This document shows positions 1 to 9,122 of a stretch of DNA of 32,000 bases, piece after piece. Source of the DNA: Candidatus Heimdallarchaeota archaeon (GTDB lineage Archaea > Asgardarchaeota > Heimdallarchaeia > Heimdallarchaeales > Kariarchaeaceae); assembly GCA_030149205.1 (NCBI GenBank), contig JASBSB010000001.1, positions 210,001 to 242,000 on the forward strand, in the 5' to 3' direction. A program made the translations under genes and the position numbers. Position 1 is the first letter of the stretch, and every line of letters begins with the position of its first letter. Below the pieces are notes generated by a model. It was not told the origin of the DNA. It worked only from the letters and a program-made list of their open reading frames with translations, and searched no databases.

Positions 1-1092
1 TTCCCCTACTCTAGTTGGATCCTCTGCTGAGGTAATTATAGATTCCCCAAGAGCATAATAGGCAGCAGATTGATTGGCATCTCTAAGCCTTCCAATTGGT
101 GGAAGTTCTGGTCTCCTGGTATTGTACAAAACGAAATCAACACTTGGAAGGTCAATTGTCTCTCCTGTTCCGCGTACACTCTCTCTGGAAATGATAGCCC
201 TTGTATTTGCTGCGATGGAGAAGTTTTTCCAATCTACTTTTCCAGTGCTGGGGTCAGCATAAACGTTTTCCATAACATTTCCAGGTTTGGTGGTAGCTGT
301 TGTTAGCTGTTCGTGCTCTGGAAATGAATCACATTTTACATAAAATCCTTTCTCAGTTCCAAACCCATTACCCTCCTTGTCAAGAAGTGTAATGTCATCC
401 TGAAGTATCACCACTTTTTCAGGATCCTTAAGGTTGTGGTCATGACAAGTCAGGGTTGTTTTACCTGTCCCTGATAATCCGAAAATCAACATTCCTTTTT
501 CATTCAATTTTCCATCTGATTCTTTTAATTTGAAATATTTCGAACCTGCATGCAATCCCAACCCTTGTTGTTCTGTCCTCATGATTTCCATTGCCATTCT
601 GAGAATGCTCATCTTAGCCTCACCATAATAATCAATTCCCAACACATAAGTGATTCTTTCAATTGGATCTAGGATCACCTTTACCTCTGGATATTGTGGA
701 ACATACAGAGTCATGATATCTGGGTTTTCATGGAGTTTATCACTGGTAAAGAAGTTTATATCATTCATGAGTGGGATGTTTGGGTTTTTCTTATAGACGG
801 CAATGGTAGCCTTCATTCGAATCTTAGGGTTTTGACCAACAAATAGATTCATGACAATGAAGTCTTCTGGCTTGATCATCCCATAGACCTTATCTATGAC
901 CTTTTGGTTTTCCTCATTTAACAGAGAGGTAAATTTTGCAGATCTAGCTGAAATCTTTGAATGAAATAGAGGATTTCCAAATTCATTTTTGATTGATTGA
1001 GGTTGTGCCCATTCTTGGAGTTGCCTCCTTTTTGGTGAAACCTGTTCTTGTGGTATCTTTTGAACAAATTCTAGAAAGCGGCTTTTGTTCAT
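1..1092 (-). CDS. pckA: Phosphoenolpyruvate carboxykinase (ATP), 3'-truncated by the window edge
   Basis: Not in the ORF track. My translation from ATG at 1092 (in-frame TGA just upstream at 1108-1110) reads MNKSRFLEFVQKIPQE... and stays open to base 1. It contains YYGEAKMSILR, GLHAGSK, the P-loop FGLSGTGKTTL (GLSGTGKT at 457-480), ILQDD and GTEKGFYVK, typical of ATP-dependent PEPCK. Confidence 0.9.
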   Translation of the reverse strand, partial: MNKSRFLEFVQKIPQEQVSPKRRQLQEWAQPQSIKNEFGNPLFHSKISARSAKFTSLLNEENQKVIDKVYGMIKPEDFIVMNLFVGQNPKIRMKATIAVYKKNPNIPLMNDINFFTSDKLHENPDIMTLYVPQYPEVKVILDPIERITYVLGIDYYGEAKMSILRMAMEIMRTEQQGLGLHAGSKYFKLKESDGKLNEKGMLIFGLSGTGKTTLTCHDHNLKDPEKVVILQDDITLLDKEGNGFGTEKGFYVKCDSFPEHEQLTTATTKPGNVMENVYADPSTGKVDWKNFSIAANTRAIISRESVRGTGETIDLPSVDFVLYNTRRPELPPIGRLRDANQSAAYYALGESIITSAEDPTRVGE

Positions 1093-1115
1093 AATTCGCA
1101 AATAGATTCATAAGT

Positions 1116-1123
1116 TATTTAAA
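1116..1123 (-). promoter_or_regulatory. TATA box of pckA (TTTAAATA)
   Basis: TTTAAATA on the minus strand 24-31 nt upstream of ATG 1092, the usual archaeal spacing for a leaderless or near-leaderless transcript. Confidence 0.5.
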
Positions 1124-1487
1124 TTATGATAAAAAGCAAGTTCACAAACTTAATATAGAATATTATACAATTTTCCAATATTTATATAATAAAAATGGAT
1201 ATTTTCTCGTAATAACAAATATTACTATCTGATGGTCTGGAGATGTTTTTAGCATTAGAAAATAATTTAGGTAAATGTATCAGAATCTCAAGAGTACCAA
1301 AAGTACTTAAATGGATGCTGAGGTTATTTAATCATAGTTTTATTCAATTTCGGATAATTTAACACACAAAATTTAGTTTTTGATTTTGTGGATCTTAGAA
1401 TTAATTTTTAGGAAGTTACCTATCTGATGAAGCCTTCATAGTCCACACACGGTTTAGATTTTTGAATGATAATTGTCATGAGGTTTT

Positions 1488-1501
1488 CAGAAACTATAAA
1501 A
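1488..1501 (+). promoter_or_regulatory. BRE/TATA (cagaaa-CTATAAAA) of the CMD gene
   Basis: Purine-rich BRE-like sequence followed by CTATAAAA at 1494-1501, 22-29 nt upstream of ATG 1523. This supports 1523 rather than 1466 as the start. Confidence 0.5.
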
Positions 1502-1522
1502 AAGTTTGAACAAAGAAATTTT

Positions 1523-1897
1523 ATGGGTAATTCTGATTATACCTCACTCGAAGAATTCAAAGAGTTTCGCCACAAGATGAATGAAAAAATATTTTCCTCT
1601 GGACATCTGGGGATCAAGCGGTTCTTTGCCTTAGATACCCGGGCTTATGAAGAGGGAGAACTTTCATCTAAAGTAAAAGAGCTATTAGGATTGATTGCAT
1701 CTTTGGTTTTGAGATGTGATGATTGTATAACCTACCATATAATACAGGGAGTATTAGTAGGTGTCACTGATGCAGAATTTTATGAGACCTTCAATATAGG
1801 ATTAATAGTTGGAGGGTCAATTGTGATTCCTCATCTGAGGAGGGCTGTTGCACACCTCGAGGAATGTAGAGAATTAGACAGCGAACTTTCACTCTAG
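1523..1897 (+). CDS. Carboxymuconolactone decarboxylase / AhpD-like protein
   Basis: KELLGLIASLVLRCDDCITYH (CxxC-x-x-x-H) and IVGGSIVIPHLRRA match the CMD family. The ORF track starts at 1466; start moved to ATG 1523 on promoter spacing. Confidence 0.85.
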   Translation: MGNSDYTSLEEFKEFRHKMNEKIFSSGHLGIKRFFALDTRAYEEGELSSKVKELLGLIASLVLRCDDCITYHIIQGVLVGVTDAEFYETFNIGLIVGGSIVIPHLRRAVAHLEECRELDSELSL

Positions 1898-1936
1898 ACT
1901 AAATTTTTATTAACATCCTGATTAGGATTACTTATC

Positions 1937-3268
1937 TTGAACATTATTTCAGCGGAGGACTTATTCAACAAGGTTCCTGAACTCAAGACAATTGATGTTT
2001 CTTTATGTGTGAGATGTAAGGCAACTCAGTTGTTATGTGGTCTTAGAACTTGCCCTCTACTGAAAGCTGTTAATCAATCAATAAAGACAGAGACAAGGGT
2101 ACAGGAGATAAAAAACCTATCAGAAATTAACGCACCTTCACCTCAAATATTTGTTGGTCACAGGCATTATCCCAAGGTTTACGCAGGTCCTTCTTCGGCA
2201 TTGTTTCCTGACGAAACAGATCCATCTCTACTTGGCAACCCTTCAAAATGGGTTGGGATGGGATTAAATGAGGTTATTGAAATGAGATTTGGAATGCTTC
2301 GAGGCATGCAGAAGGTAGATGTCAAAGGGAAAAGTAGAGTACAGGAACAGTTAGAATCTTTGTCTTTATCAGTCAATCCCACAGAGATAGAGGCAAAATT
2401 GAGTCGTGAGATTCAGTTTTCTCAGAGATTTGACACAATAACGCAACCCTATGGCCCAAGTGGTGAATTTTCTAAATTCAATCTGTCTGGGAACCCAAAG
2501 ATCCCCAGCAAGGTGGATATGATCCTTGAGGATGATTTAAACAGCAGGGATCAGCTTAATGGTCTTTATAACTCTGGTTTAGATGTATATTATCTTCAAA
2601 ACGCCTTCTCATCAGGAGCATTTGGGCGTCAGGAAGCGTCCAAAATGGTTCCAACTAGATGGTCAATCACTGCAGTTGACGATCAGATAGGCAAAATCTT
2701 GTTGAAGAAAATTCAGGATTTTTCGTCAGTAAACAATATTTTAGCCTTTCATGGTGGTCATTTGGGGAACTATTTCACCATCCTAATCTTTCCAGGAAGT
2801 TGGAAGTTTGAAAATTTTGAAACATGGTTTCCTCAAACCATATATACTTTGGGCATGACAACACCTAGTATTTCCTATGACTTTGAAGGATTTTCTTATC
2901 CAACTCAATATTCCGGTTTGACTAGATACTCAGTTCAGGCTGGAGGGTATTATGCGGCAAGGTTATCAATCCTAGAGAAGCTGTACAATATGCGAAAGCA
3001 GGGTTCCGTCCTCTCTATAAGAGAGATAACTCCAGAATATATGATACCTGCTGGAGTGTGGGTGGTAAGAGAAGCAGCGAAATCTGCACTCGAAGGTCAA
3101 ATCTTTCAGTCTCACCTTCCTGAGAAACGAAAAGGTGAAGCTCTTGTTTTTCATGATAAAAACGAAGCAATAAATTGGTTACAATCACGTCTCATAAGCT
3201 CAATTGATTTTTACAAGACAAAATCAAAATTAATAGGACAAACTTCTTTAACGGATTTTTTAATGTGA
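1937..3268 (+). CDS. nreA: Archaeal Nre-family DNA repair protein
   Basis: N-terminal CVRC..LCGLRTCP Cys cluster, SPQIFVGHRHYPKVYAGP, KMVPTRWSITAVDD, GGYYAARL, GVWVVRE, and a C-terminal PCNA-interacting PIP box QTSLTDFL (from 3239). TTG start. Confidence 0.92.
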   Translation: MNIISAEDLFNKVPELKTIDVSLCVRCKATQLLCGLRTCPLLKAVNQSIKTETRVQEIKNLSEINAPSPQIFVGHRHYPKVYAGPSSALFPDETDPSLLGNPSKWVGMGLNEVIEMRFGMLRGMQKVDVKGKSRVQEQLESLSLSVNPTEIEAKLSREIQFSQRFDTITQPYGPSGEFSKFNLSGNPKIPSKVDMILEDDLNSRDQLNGLYNSGLDVYYLQNAFSSGAFGRQEASKMVPTRWSITAVDDQIGKILLKKIQDFSSVNNILAFHGGHLGNYFTILIFPGSWKFENFETWFPQTIYTLGMTTPSISYDFEGFSYPTQYSGLTRYSVQAGGYYAARLSILEKLYNMRKQGSVLSIREITPEYMIPAGVWVVREAAKSALEGQIFQSHLPEKRKGEALVFHDKNEAINWLQSRLISSIDFYKTKSKLIGQTSLTDFLM

Positions 3269-3419
3269 TAATGTTTTCGTGAAGTTAAGATTTTAATAGA
3301 ATGAGACTGTTTAGATATATATTTGTCAGATACTCTGAGATAATTAATCTAAATCAGAGAATTTACCATTTTTTTCTAAAAATAGACAAAGTACATAAAT
3401 TCAATGATTATGTAACCAT

Positions 3420-5042
3420 ATGACCGAAGCTGAATCAGGGGGTCAGAACACACAAATAGATTTTGTGCCCGAAGACCGAATATGGAGGGGGAAACCGTTT
3501 TATATGTCCAACATATACAAATGGAGTTTATATGACCTAGGCAACACCATTTTCTCACTGGTTGTGGTTTCCCTTACGATTGGACCTCTTCTCTATATCC
3601 TTTTATTCGATCAATTAAAAGGCAACTATGCTCCAAACAAAGCAGGAGAGATCGCGGTAAACACTGGAAACTTTGCACTTGCAATAGGGGTGGCCATAGG
3701 AAATATTGTGATGGCAATAATTTCACCATATGTTGGAGCGATAGCAGATTCAAGAAAAGAGAAAAAGCGACTCTTAATGAAGATAACCTGGCTCTGTGTA
3801 ATTTTCATGGCTGCTTTGGGTATCTCTCTTTATGTAAAAAATATATACATTATAATTGGTATTTTTTTGATTGCAAACTTCTTTTACCAAATTGGGCTAG
3901 TAGTATATGATACAACACTTCCTTTCGTAGCAGATCAATTTGACATTGGAAAAATTGCCTCTATTGGGATAGCAATCGGGTATTTTGGTTCACTGATTGG
4001 ACTTGCTTTAACATACGCTTTAATCCCATTTTTTGGAGATTATCATGCACAAGCTGCGACCTTCAAATTGGTGAACGGAGTTGAACAGTTGGTAACTCCG
4101 GACAATTTTAAGATTGGATATATCCCTTATATTTACCCCATTGGAGCATTAATGTTTCTACTATTTGCTTTACCAATGTATACTGTCAAAGAAAAGAGAT
4201 TGAAGAAGGCTGAGGTTAAGTCAAGCTTCAAAGAAACTTTGGAGGGCGTGGTAGCCACAGGGAAAGATATTTGGCATTACAAACAAATGAAGAGGTTTCT
4301 GCTGGGATGGTTGATATTTGTTGATGCGGCGAATACAACTATACTATTTATGGCTCAAATTGTGTTGGTTGGTTTAGAATTTGGTTCTGGTATATTTACC
4401 AGTATAACTTTAGGAGTTGGAATAATTTCTGCTGTCTTATTCACCTATCCAGTTGGAATATTTGCAGACAAATACGGACCAAAAAAAGCACTCTATTTGG
4501 TCACTTCACTTTGGGTCATTAGTGTAATATTAGCCTTTATGACAAATATCTCTCACACCACCGCAACTCAGCTCAACCTATTCAGTACAACTGATTGGCT
4601 TAGGATTGGTGGGGGAACTAATGGTTTCTCAGCGCTAATTATTATTTTTCCAATAATATTGGGACCAGCGTTAGGTGGGACTTGGGTTGTTCAGAGACAC
4701 TTTATCACAGAATTAGCACCCCCTGACAAAGTTGGTAACTACTTTGGATTTTCCAACATCTTCGGTAGAATTTCAGCAGCAGTCGGTCCAGCTATTTTTG
4801 CCTTTGCAGTTTATGTCTTTAGTATCGGCTGGTTGGGCTTTGATGTAGGTGTTGCTACAAGATTATCACTATTGGTAATAATTGGATTGATGATTACTGG
4901 CTTTTCAATTTTGGCGACCGTTGATGATGTCCACAAACACTTTATCAGTGGTGCAAGGGCAAACGGTTTAGGACAGTGGATACACAACAATATTGTGGTG
5001 TTTCCAGACTTAAAGAAACAACATTTAGATGAAAAAGAATAA
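3420..5042 (+). CDS. MFS transporter, UMF1/Atg22-like family
   Basis: WSLYDLGNTIFSLVVVS, GAIADS and GIFADKYGPKK loop motifs, ELAPPDKVGNYFGFSNIFGRISAAVGP, and about 12 hydrophobic segments. Confidence 0.85.
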   Translation: MTEAESGGQNTQIDFVPEDRIWRGKPFYMSNIYKWSLYDLGNTIFSLVVVSLTIGPLLYILLFDQLKGNYAPNKAGEIAVNTGNFALAIGVAIGNIVMAIISPYVGAIADSRKEKKRLLMKITWLCVIFMAALGISLYVKNIYIIIGIFLIANFFYQIGLVVYDTTLPFVADQFDIGKIASIGIAIGYFGSLIGLALTYALIPFFGDYHAQAATFKLVNGVEQLVTPDNFKIGYIPYIYPIGALMFLLFALPMYTVKEKRLKKAEVKSSFKETLEGVVATGKDIWHYKQMKRFLLGWLIFVDAANTTILFMAQIVLVGLEFGSGIFTSITLGVGIISAVLFTYPVGIFADKYGPKKALYLVTSLWVISVILAFMTNISHTTATQLNLFSTTDWLRIGGGTNGFSALIIIFPIILGPALGGTWVVQRHFITELAPPDKVGNYFGFSNIFGRISAAVGPAIFAFAVYVFSIGWLGFDVGVATRLSLLVIIGLMITGFSILATVDDVHKHFISGARANGLGQWIHNNIVVFPDLKKQHLDEKE

Positions 5043-5112
5043 AGGAATATATTTTTCTTGTCAATTTGCTTAGATAGAATACTTTTTTACGAATTACAGC
5101 ATATAATTAATT

Positions 5113-6138
5113 ATGGCACTTTCAGAACAGATGAATTTTACTGAAGAAGAGATTCAAACAGAAGCTGATCGATTGTTTACAAAGTTAAAGGGTGCTGGTT
5201 GGGATCATTCAGATTGTGAAATTATTGCTCCATTGACTCTTGAGATAAATCAAATCAAAAAAAAGAAAAACGCAGTAATTTTGGCTCATAGTTATGTTAC
5301 CCCCGATATTATATTCGGTGTAAGTGATTATTCTGGTGATTCACTTGGACTATCGAATGAAGCTGCCAAAACCAGTGCAGATATAATTGTTTTTTCAGGG
5401 GTCGTGTTTATGGCCGAAACTGCGAAAATTCTCTCACCAGATAAAACAGTATTAATCCCATCTAAAGAAGCTGGATGTTCACTTGCAGATGCAATTACAG
5501 CAGAGGATATGAGACAACTAAGAGATCAATATCCTGGAATCCCTATTGTTGCATATGTAAACACAACAGCGGAGGTTAAAGCAGAGGCAGATGTATGTGT
5601 TACCTCTGCAAATGTAGAAAGGATTGTCGAAAAGTTAGAAGGTGACACCATAGTTTTTGTTCCAGATAAAAATATGGGAAAATACCTCAGTCGAACGTCA
5701 AGCAAGAAAGTAATAACCTATGATGGCACCTGTATAGTTCATGACAACATACAACCAGATTCCTTGGATATACAGAGGAACAGGTTTGGTGAAGACTTGG
5801 TAATTTTAGCACATAGTGAATGTCCCCCTGATATTCTTGATAGAGTTGATGTAGTTGAAGGAACTACAGGTATGCAAAGATACATCATTGAGCACCCTGA
5901 AAAGAAAAAAATTATGTTAGCAACAGAATGTGGTCTTGCTGACAGGTTTAGTGTGGAATTTCCAGATAGAGAGTTTATCGGATCATGTGTTATGTGTCCA
6001 TATATGAAGAAAAATGAGCTTCGTAACATACTTCAGGTGTTAAGAGATCCTCGCCCTGATCAGATCATCAATCTCGATGAAGAGATTCGAGTGAAAGCAA
6101 AACGTTCCTTGGACAAGATGTTTGAATTGGGATCATAA
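5113..6138 (+). CDS. nadA: Quinolinate synthase A ([4Fe-4S] enzyme)
   Basis: AVILAHSY, GVVFMAETAKILSP, AGCSLA, YVNTTAEVKA, CIVH, LAHSEC, CPYMKKN; the three cluster-ligating Cys motifs are present. Confidence 0.95.
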   Translation: MALSEQMNFTEEEIQTEADRLFTKLKGAGWDHSDCEIIAPLTLEINQIKKKKNAVILAHSYVTPDIIFGVSDYSGDSLGLSNEAAKTSADIIVFSGVVFMAETAKILSPDKTVLIPSKEAGCSLADAITAEDMRQLRDQYPGIPIVAYVNTTAEVKAEADVCVTSANVERIVEKLEGDTIVFVPDKNMGKYLSRTSSKKVITYDGTCIVHDNIQPDSLDIQRNRFGEDLVILAHSECPPDILDRVDVVEGTTGMQRYIIEHPEKKKIMLATECGLADRFSVEFPDREFIGSCVMCPYMKKNELRNILQVLRDPRPDQIINLDEEIRVKAKRSLDKMFELGS

Positions 6139-6417
6139 TACCTCAAAAGAGTTTGCAGTCTAATTTCAAATGGTAAGGACTTAGAGGGTAATTCGACTCA
6201 AATGAGGATTTTCAGTAAATGAATACAGATAGAAGGTAAACTGGTCTTTTATGCATTATTACTGTAAATTTTGGAAACGAGAAGAACAGTGAGTTGTTGA
6301 TGAATACAGAAAGAAATATTGAAATCACTATACTTGTCTTTTAGAGATGCCTAATCGATTAGTATAGATATTATACATATATGTTAAACTTTATTTTATC
6401 AAATTACAATTGGTGAT

Positions 6418-6972
6418 ATGGATCCTGGTAAAACCTTAGAATCTATGATGACTACCCTTAGAGAAAAAACTGGGAAGGATATTCAATCTCTTACCTTGGA
6501 AATAAAAAATCTTCAGTTAAAAAAACATGCAGAAATTCGAAATTATTTCAAAGAGTCCTACGGGTTGACTTATGGGTACGCAAATACACTTACTAGTAAG
6601 GTTCGAGAAGAGCTAGAGGGTAAAACTGGTTCAAATGAATTAGTCAAGAACTTATTCACAAACAAACCGAATATGAAATTAATTTACGATAAACTTTTGC
6701 AAAAAGTCAATAAATTTGGAGAGGTTGAAATTGCTCCAAAGAAGACCTATGTCTCATTAAGAGTAAAGAAACAATTTGCAATCCTAAAACCCTCTACTAA
6801 ATCTAGGTTTGACATTGGATTGAACTTGAAAGGGAAACCTGTGACCAAAAGATTAACAGATGGCAAAAAATGGAATTCTATGTGTACTCACCGAGTGAGT
6901 GTAAGTTCAGTGAATGATGTTGATAAGGAATTAATTACTTGGTTGAAAGAGGCATATAATGACTCTACCTAG
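6418..6972 (+). CDS. DUF4287 + DUF5655 domain protein
   Basis: N-half LREKTGK...YGLTYGYANTL resembles DUF4287. C-half KKTYVSLRVKKQFAILKP...MCTHRV...VDKELITWLKEAY resembles DUF5655. Preceded by GGTGAT. Confidence 0.75.
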   Translation: MDPGKTLESMMTTLREKTGKDIQSLTLEIKNLQLKKHAEIRNYFKESYGLTYGYANTLTSKVREELEGKTGSNELVKNLFTNKPNMKLIYDKLLQKVNKFGEVEIAPKKTYVSLRVKKQFAILKPSTKSRFDIGLNLKGKPVTKRLTDGKKWNSMCTHRVSVSSVNDVDKELITWLKEAYNDST

Positions 6973-7051
6973 CTTTTCTCATAAAAACTTTATAATTAAG
7001 ATTTGAAATTTACTTGGTTAAATTTATTACTTTAAAGGAATACAATTTGAT

Positions 7052-8323
7052 ATGGAACTTACAAAAGAGTGCTTTTACTGTACTCAAAACAATTCAGTAT
7101 TCATGGATTATCCATTAAATGAAGCAATTTTTGGTTTAGAAAGTAATTTTCCACGATGCCTGATTCATTACCAATTCCGTTGTGATCAATGTTTAGGGGA
7201 GTCCCACTTCAACGGGATCTCGTGGTGTAACTCTTGCAAAAATTTCACTTGTGTACGGTGCGAGAGTGAGCGGATAGTGTGGACTGATTTTTTTGTAAAC
7301 TCCTACTATTATGAAATAAAATGTCCAAACTGTGACGCATGGAATCCAACTCTTGACTATTCTGAATTTATGATGGAACATCCGTTTCAATTGGGGGTTA
7401 TTATACCTCAAAGTCCAGTAAACGTTTGGATCCAATTTTCTTCTGACTATTTGGAAAAACAACCTAGCCTAGAATTTAATGAGAGGAGGGGATTCCATGA
7501 GTTAAGTAAGTTTACCGGATATAAAGATTCATCCTTTTCAGTTCCCAATGTATTAAATCCGGTTCAAAATTGGTCTGAGATTGCTAAGGATTGGGATAAT
7601 AATTTTGATGTTGAAGGAGATTTTCATCATAAGAACCTTATTCTTCCTCATGTACTTGACTTGATTACAGATTCAGATGGAGTGGTTTTAGATGTCGGAT
7701 GTGGAAACGGCAACCTTGCTAGGATATTATCAAAAAGTGGGAGAAAAGTTATTGGAATTGACCCGAGTGATATGATATTGTTTGCAATAGAAAAAGAGCA
7801 AATTAAACCTCTTGGAATCACCTATTTTCAGGAGACGATTCAGGAGTTTCTTCAAAGAAGTCAATCTGATTTCAAACACATTGTCCTAAATATGATGATA
7901 ATGGATGTTGAAGACCTTCGAAGTTTAGCTGAAAGTTTGGGTAAACTAACAATAGGGGGAGGAGAGGTGATTATTTCATTGTTGCATCCTTGTTTCGATG
8001 TTTCAACGAAGACTACTATCAAATTTCCTCAAGATTCTCAACATAATGAAGATAAAGTGTTTATTGTTGATAACTATTTCAAAGAAGAAAAGAGTTGGAT
8101 CAAATTTAATATTTCAGAAACCAAGACTGTCCACTTTCACAGGACATTATCGACTTATGTAAATATTTTAAGTGAGAATGGTTTGTTAATAGATAAAATG
8201 GTAGAGCCAGTTCCAAAAGATAGCCTATACAAAACTGATCCAAGGGAAACCTTTCTTGATTATGACAGAATCCCACTATTCTTAATTTTAAGATGCAAAA
8301 AAATCAGTAGTAATTTTCCTTGA
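7052..8323 (+). CDS. Class I SAM-dependent methyltransferase with N-terminal Cys-rich zinc-binding region
   Basis: Motif I VLDVGCGNG, VIGIDPS, GEVIISLLHPCF and HFHRTLSTYVN...GLLIDKMVEP. Residues 7-94 carry five CxxC plus one CxxH. Confidence 0.85.
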   Translation: MELTKECFYCTQNNSVFMDYPLNEAIFGLESNFPRCLIHYQFRCDQCLGESHFNGISWCNSCKNFTCVRCESERIVWTDFFVNSYYYEIKCPNCDAWNPTLDYSEFMMEHPFQLGVIIPQSPVNVWIQFSSDYLEKQPSLEFNERRGFHELSKFTGYKDSSFSVPNVLNPVQNWSEIAKDWDNNFDVEGDFHHKNLILPHVLDLITDSDGVVLDVGCGNGNLARILSKSGRKVIGIDPSDMILFAIEKEQIKPLGITYFQETIQEFLQRSQSDFKHIVLNMMIMDVEDLRSLAESLGKLTIGGGEVIISLLHPCFDVSTKTTIKFPQDSQHNEDKVFIVDNYFKEEKSWIKFNISETKTVHFHRTLSTYVNILSENGLLIDKMVEPVPKDSLYKTDPRETFLDYDRIPLFLILRCKKISSNFP

Positions 8324-8393
8324 GGTGAATCTATTAATATCATGCCTATAAAAAATTTAAGTGGAAGTGTTTTCCAACTCAGAGGTGTGATAT

Positions 8394-9122
8394 TTGATTT
8401 CTGTTAAAGATTTTGTTGACTTTTTTAATACCAGTTTTAATGAATTAGAAGAGTTTGAGGTAGAGGATAAGCAGGAGAATTTTATTCTTACGTTCACTTT
8501 AACTGTTGTCATTTTTTTTGTTGGAACTTCAATTCTGGCAATGGTGACCTACCCTCATTACTCCTTCAGTCAAAACTATCTCAGTGCACTTGGAACATCT
8601 AAGAATCCGTTATCCTTCATTTTTAATTCCTCGGTTATTATTACTGCAATATTATTAATTCCCACGTATTATGCAATTTACAAAATTATGAAACGTAATA
8701 TAATGATGCAGGACATAAAGTTTCTAAATTTCTCTTTTGGTTTAGCAATTCTTTCTTCTCTTTCTTTGTTATTAGTTGGTCTCATTCCAGCAAATCCTCA
8801 AACATTAATCCCACATCTCATCGCTGCTGGACTATTCTTTTTAAGCATAGGGTTTTATTATGTAATCATCACTTTCTTGATGTTAAAAGTATTGCATTTT
8901 TGTGCTAATTATAAGAGATTTACCTCAATCTGGGATTACTTAGGTTTCTCAATTATTATTCTGGTATTGATATTCATCGATTTGAATACTTGGTATAACA
9001 AATTAATCCAAAAAACCATTGTATATGGTTCCCTGTTACTTCTCATTTACGTTTCAAACAAATTAAGAAAAATAGACCGTGACGAAAGTTGTATTATTCC
9101 AAAACCTAGGGAGTCCCCATAA
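8394..9122 (+). CDS. DUF998-like multi-pass membrane protein
   Basis: YPHYSFSQNYLSALG...IFN, LVGLIP...HLIAAGLFF and QKTIVY pattern with about 5-6 TM segments. Its 3' end overlaps the convergent glpD by 17 nt. Confidence 0.6.
   Translation: MISVKDFVDFFNTSFNELEEFEVEDKQENFILTFTLTVVIFFVGTSILAMVTYPHYSFSQNYLSALGTSKNPLSFIFNSSVIITAILLIPTYYAIYKIMKRNIMMQDIKFLNFSFGLAILSSLSLLLVGLIPANPQTLIPHLIAAGLFFLSIGFYYVIITFLMLKVLHFCANYKRFTSIWDYLGFSIIILVLIFIDLNTWYNKLIQKTIVYGSLLLLIYVSNKLRKIDRDESCIIPKPRESP

Noticed and set aside
70-306. Plus-strand ORFs 70..306 and 74..262
   Set aside because: Antisense shadows of the pckA frame, with no recognisable motifs.
1420-1460. CTGATGA followed by an AGCC...GGTT stem (hammerhead or C/D-box-like); CTATCTGATG also occurs at 1225-1234; ATGAAG-C-CTTCAT palindrome at 1427-1439
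   Set aside because: The hammerhead GAAA after stem II is missing (TAGA instead), there is no properly spaced box D, and the repeats are short enough to arise by chance.
3326-3359. TCAGA/TCTGA half-site cluster upstream of the MFS gene
   Set aside because: Arms are only 5-6 bp with inconsistent spacing.
9106-9122. Convergent 3' overlaps (17 nt here, 10 nt at 27808-27817, 2-nt gap at nadC/HesB-like)
   Set aside because: Common in compact archaeal genomes, with no evidence of function.
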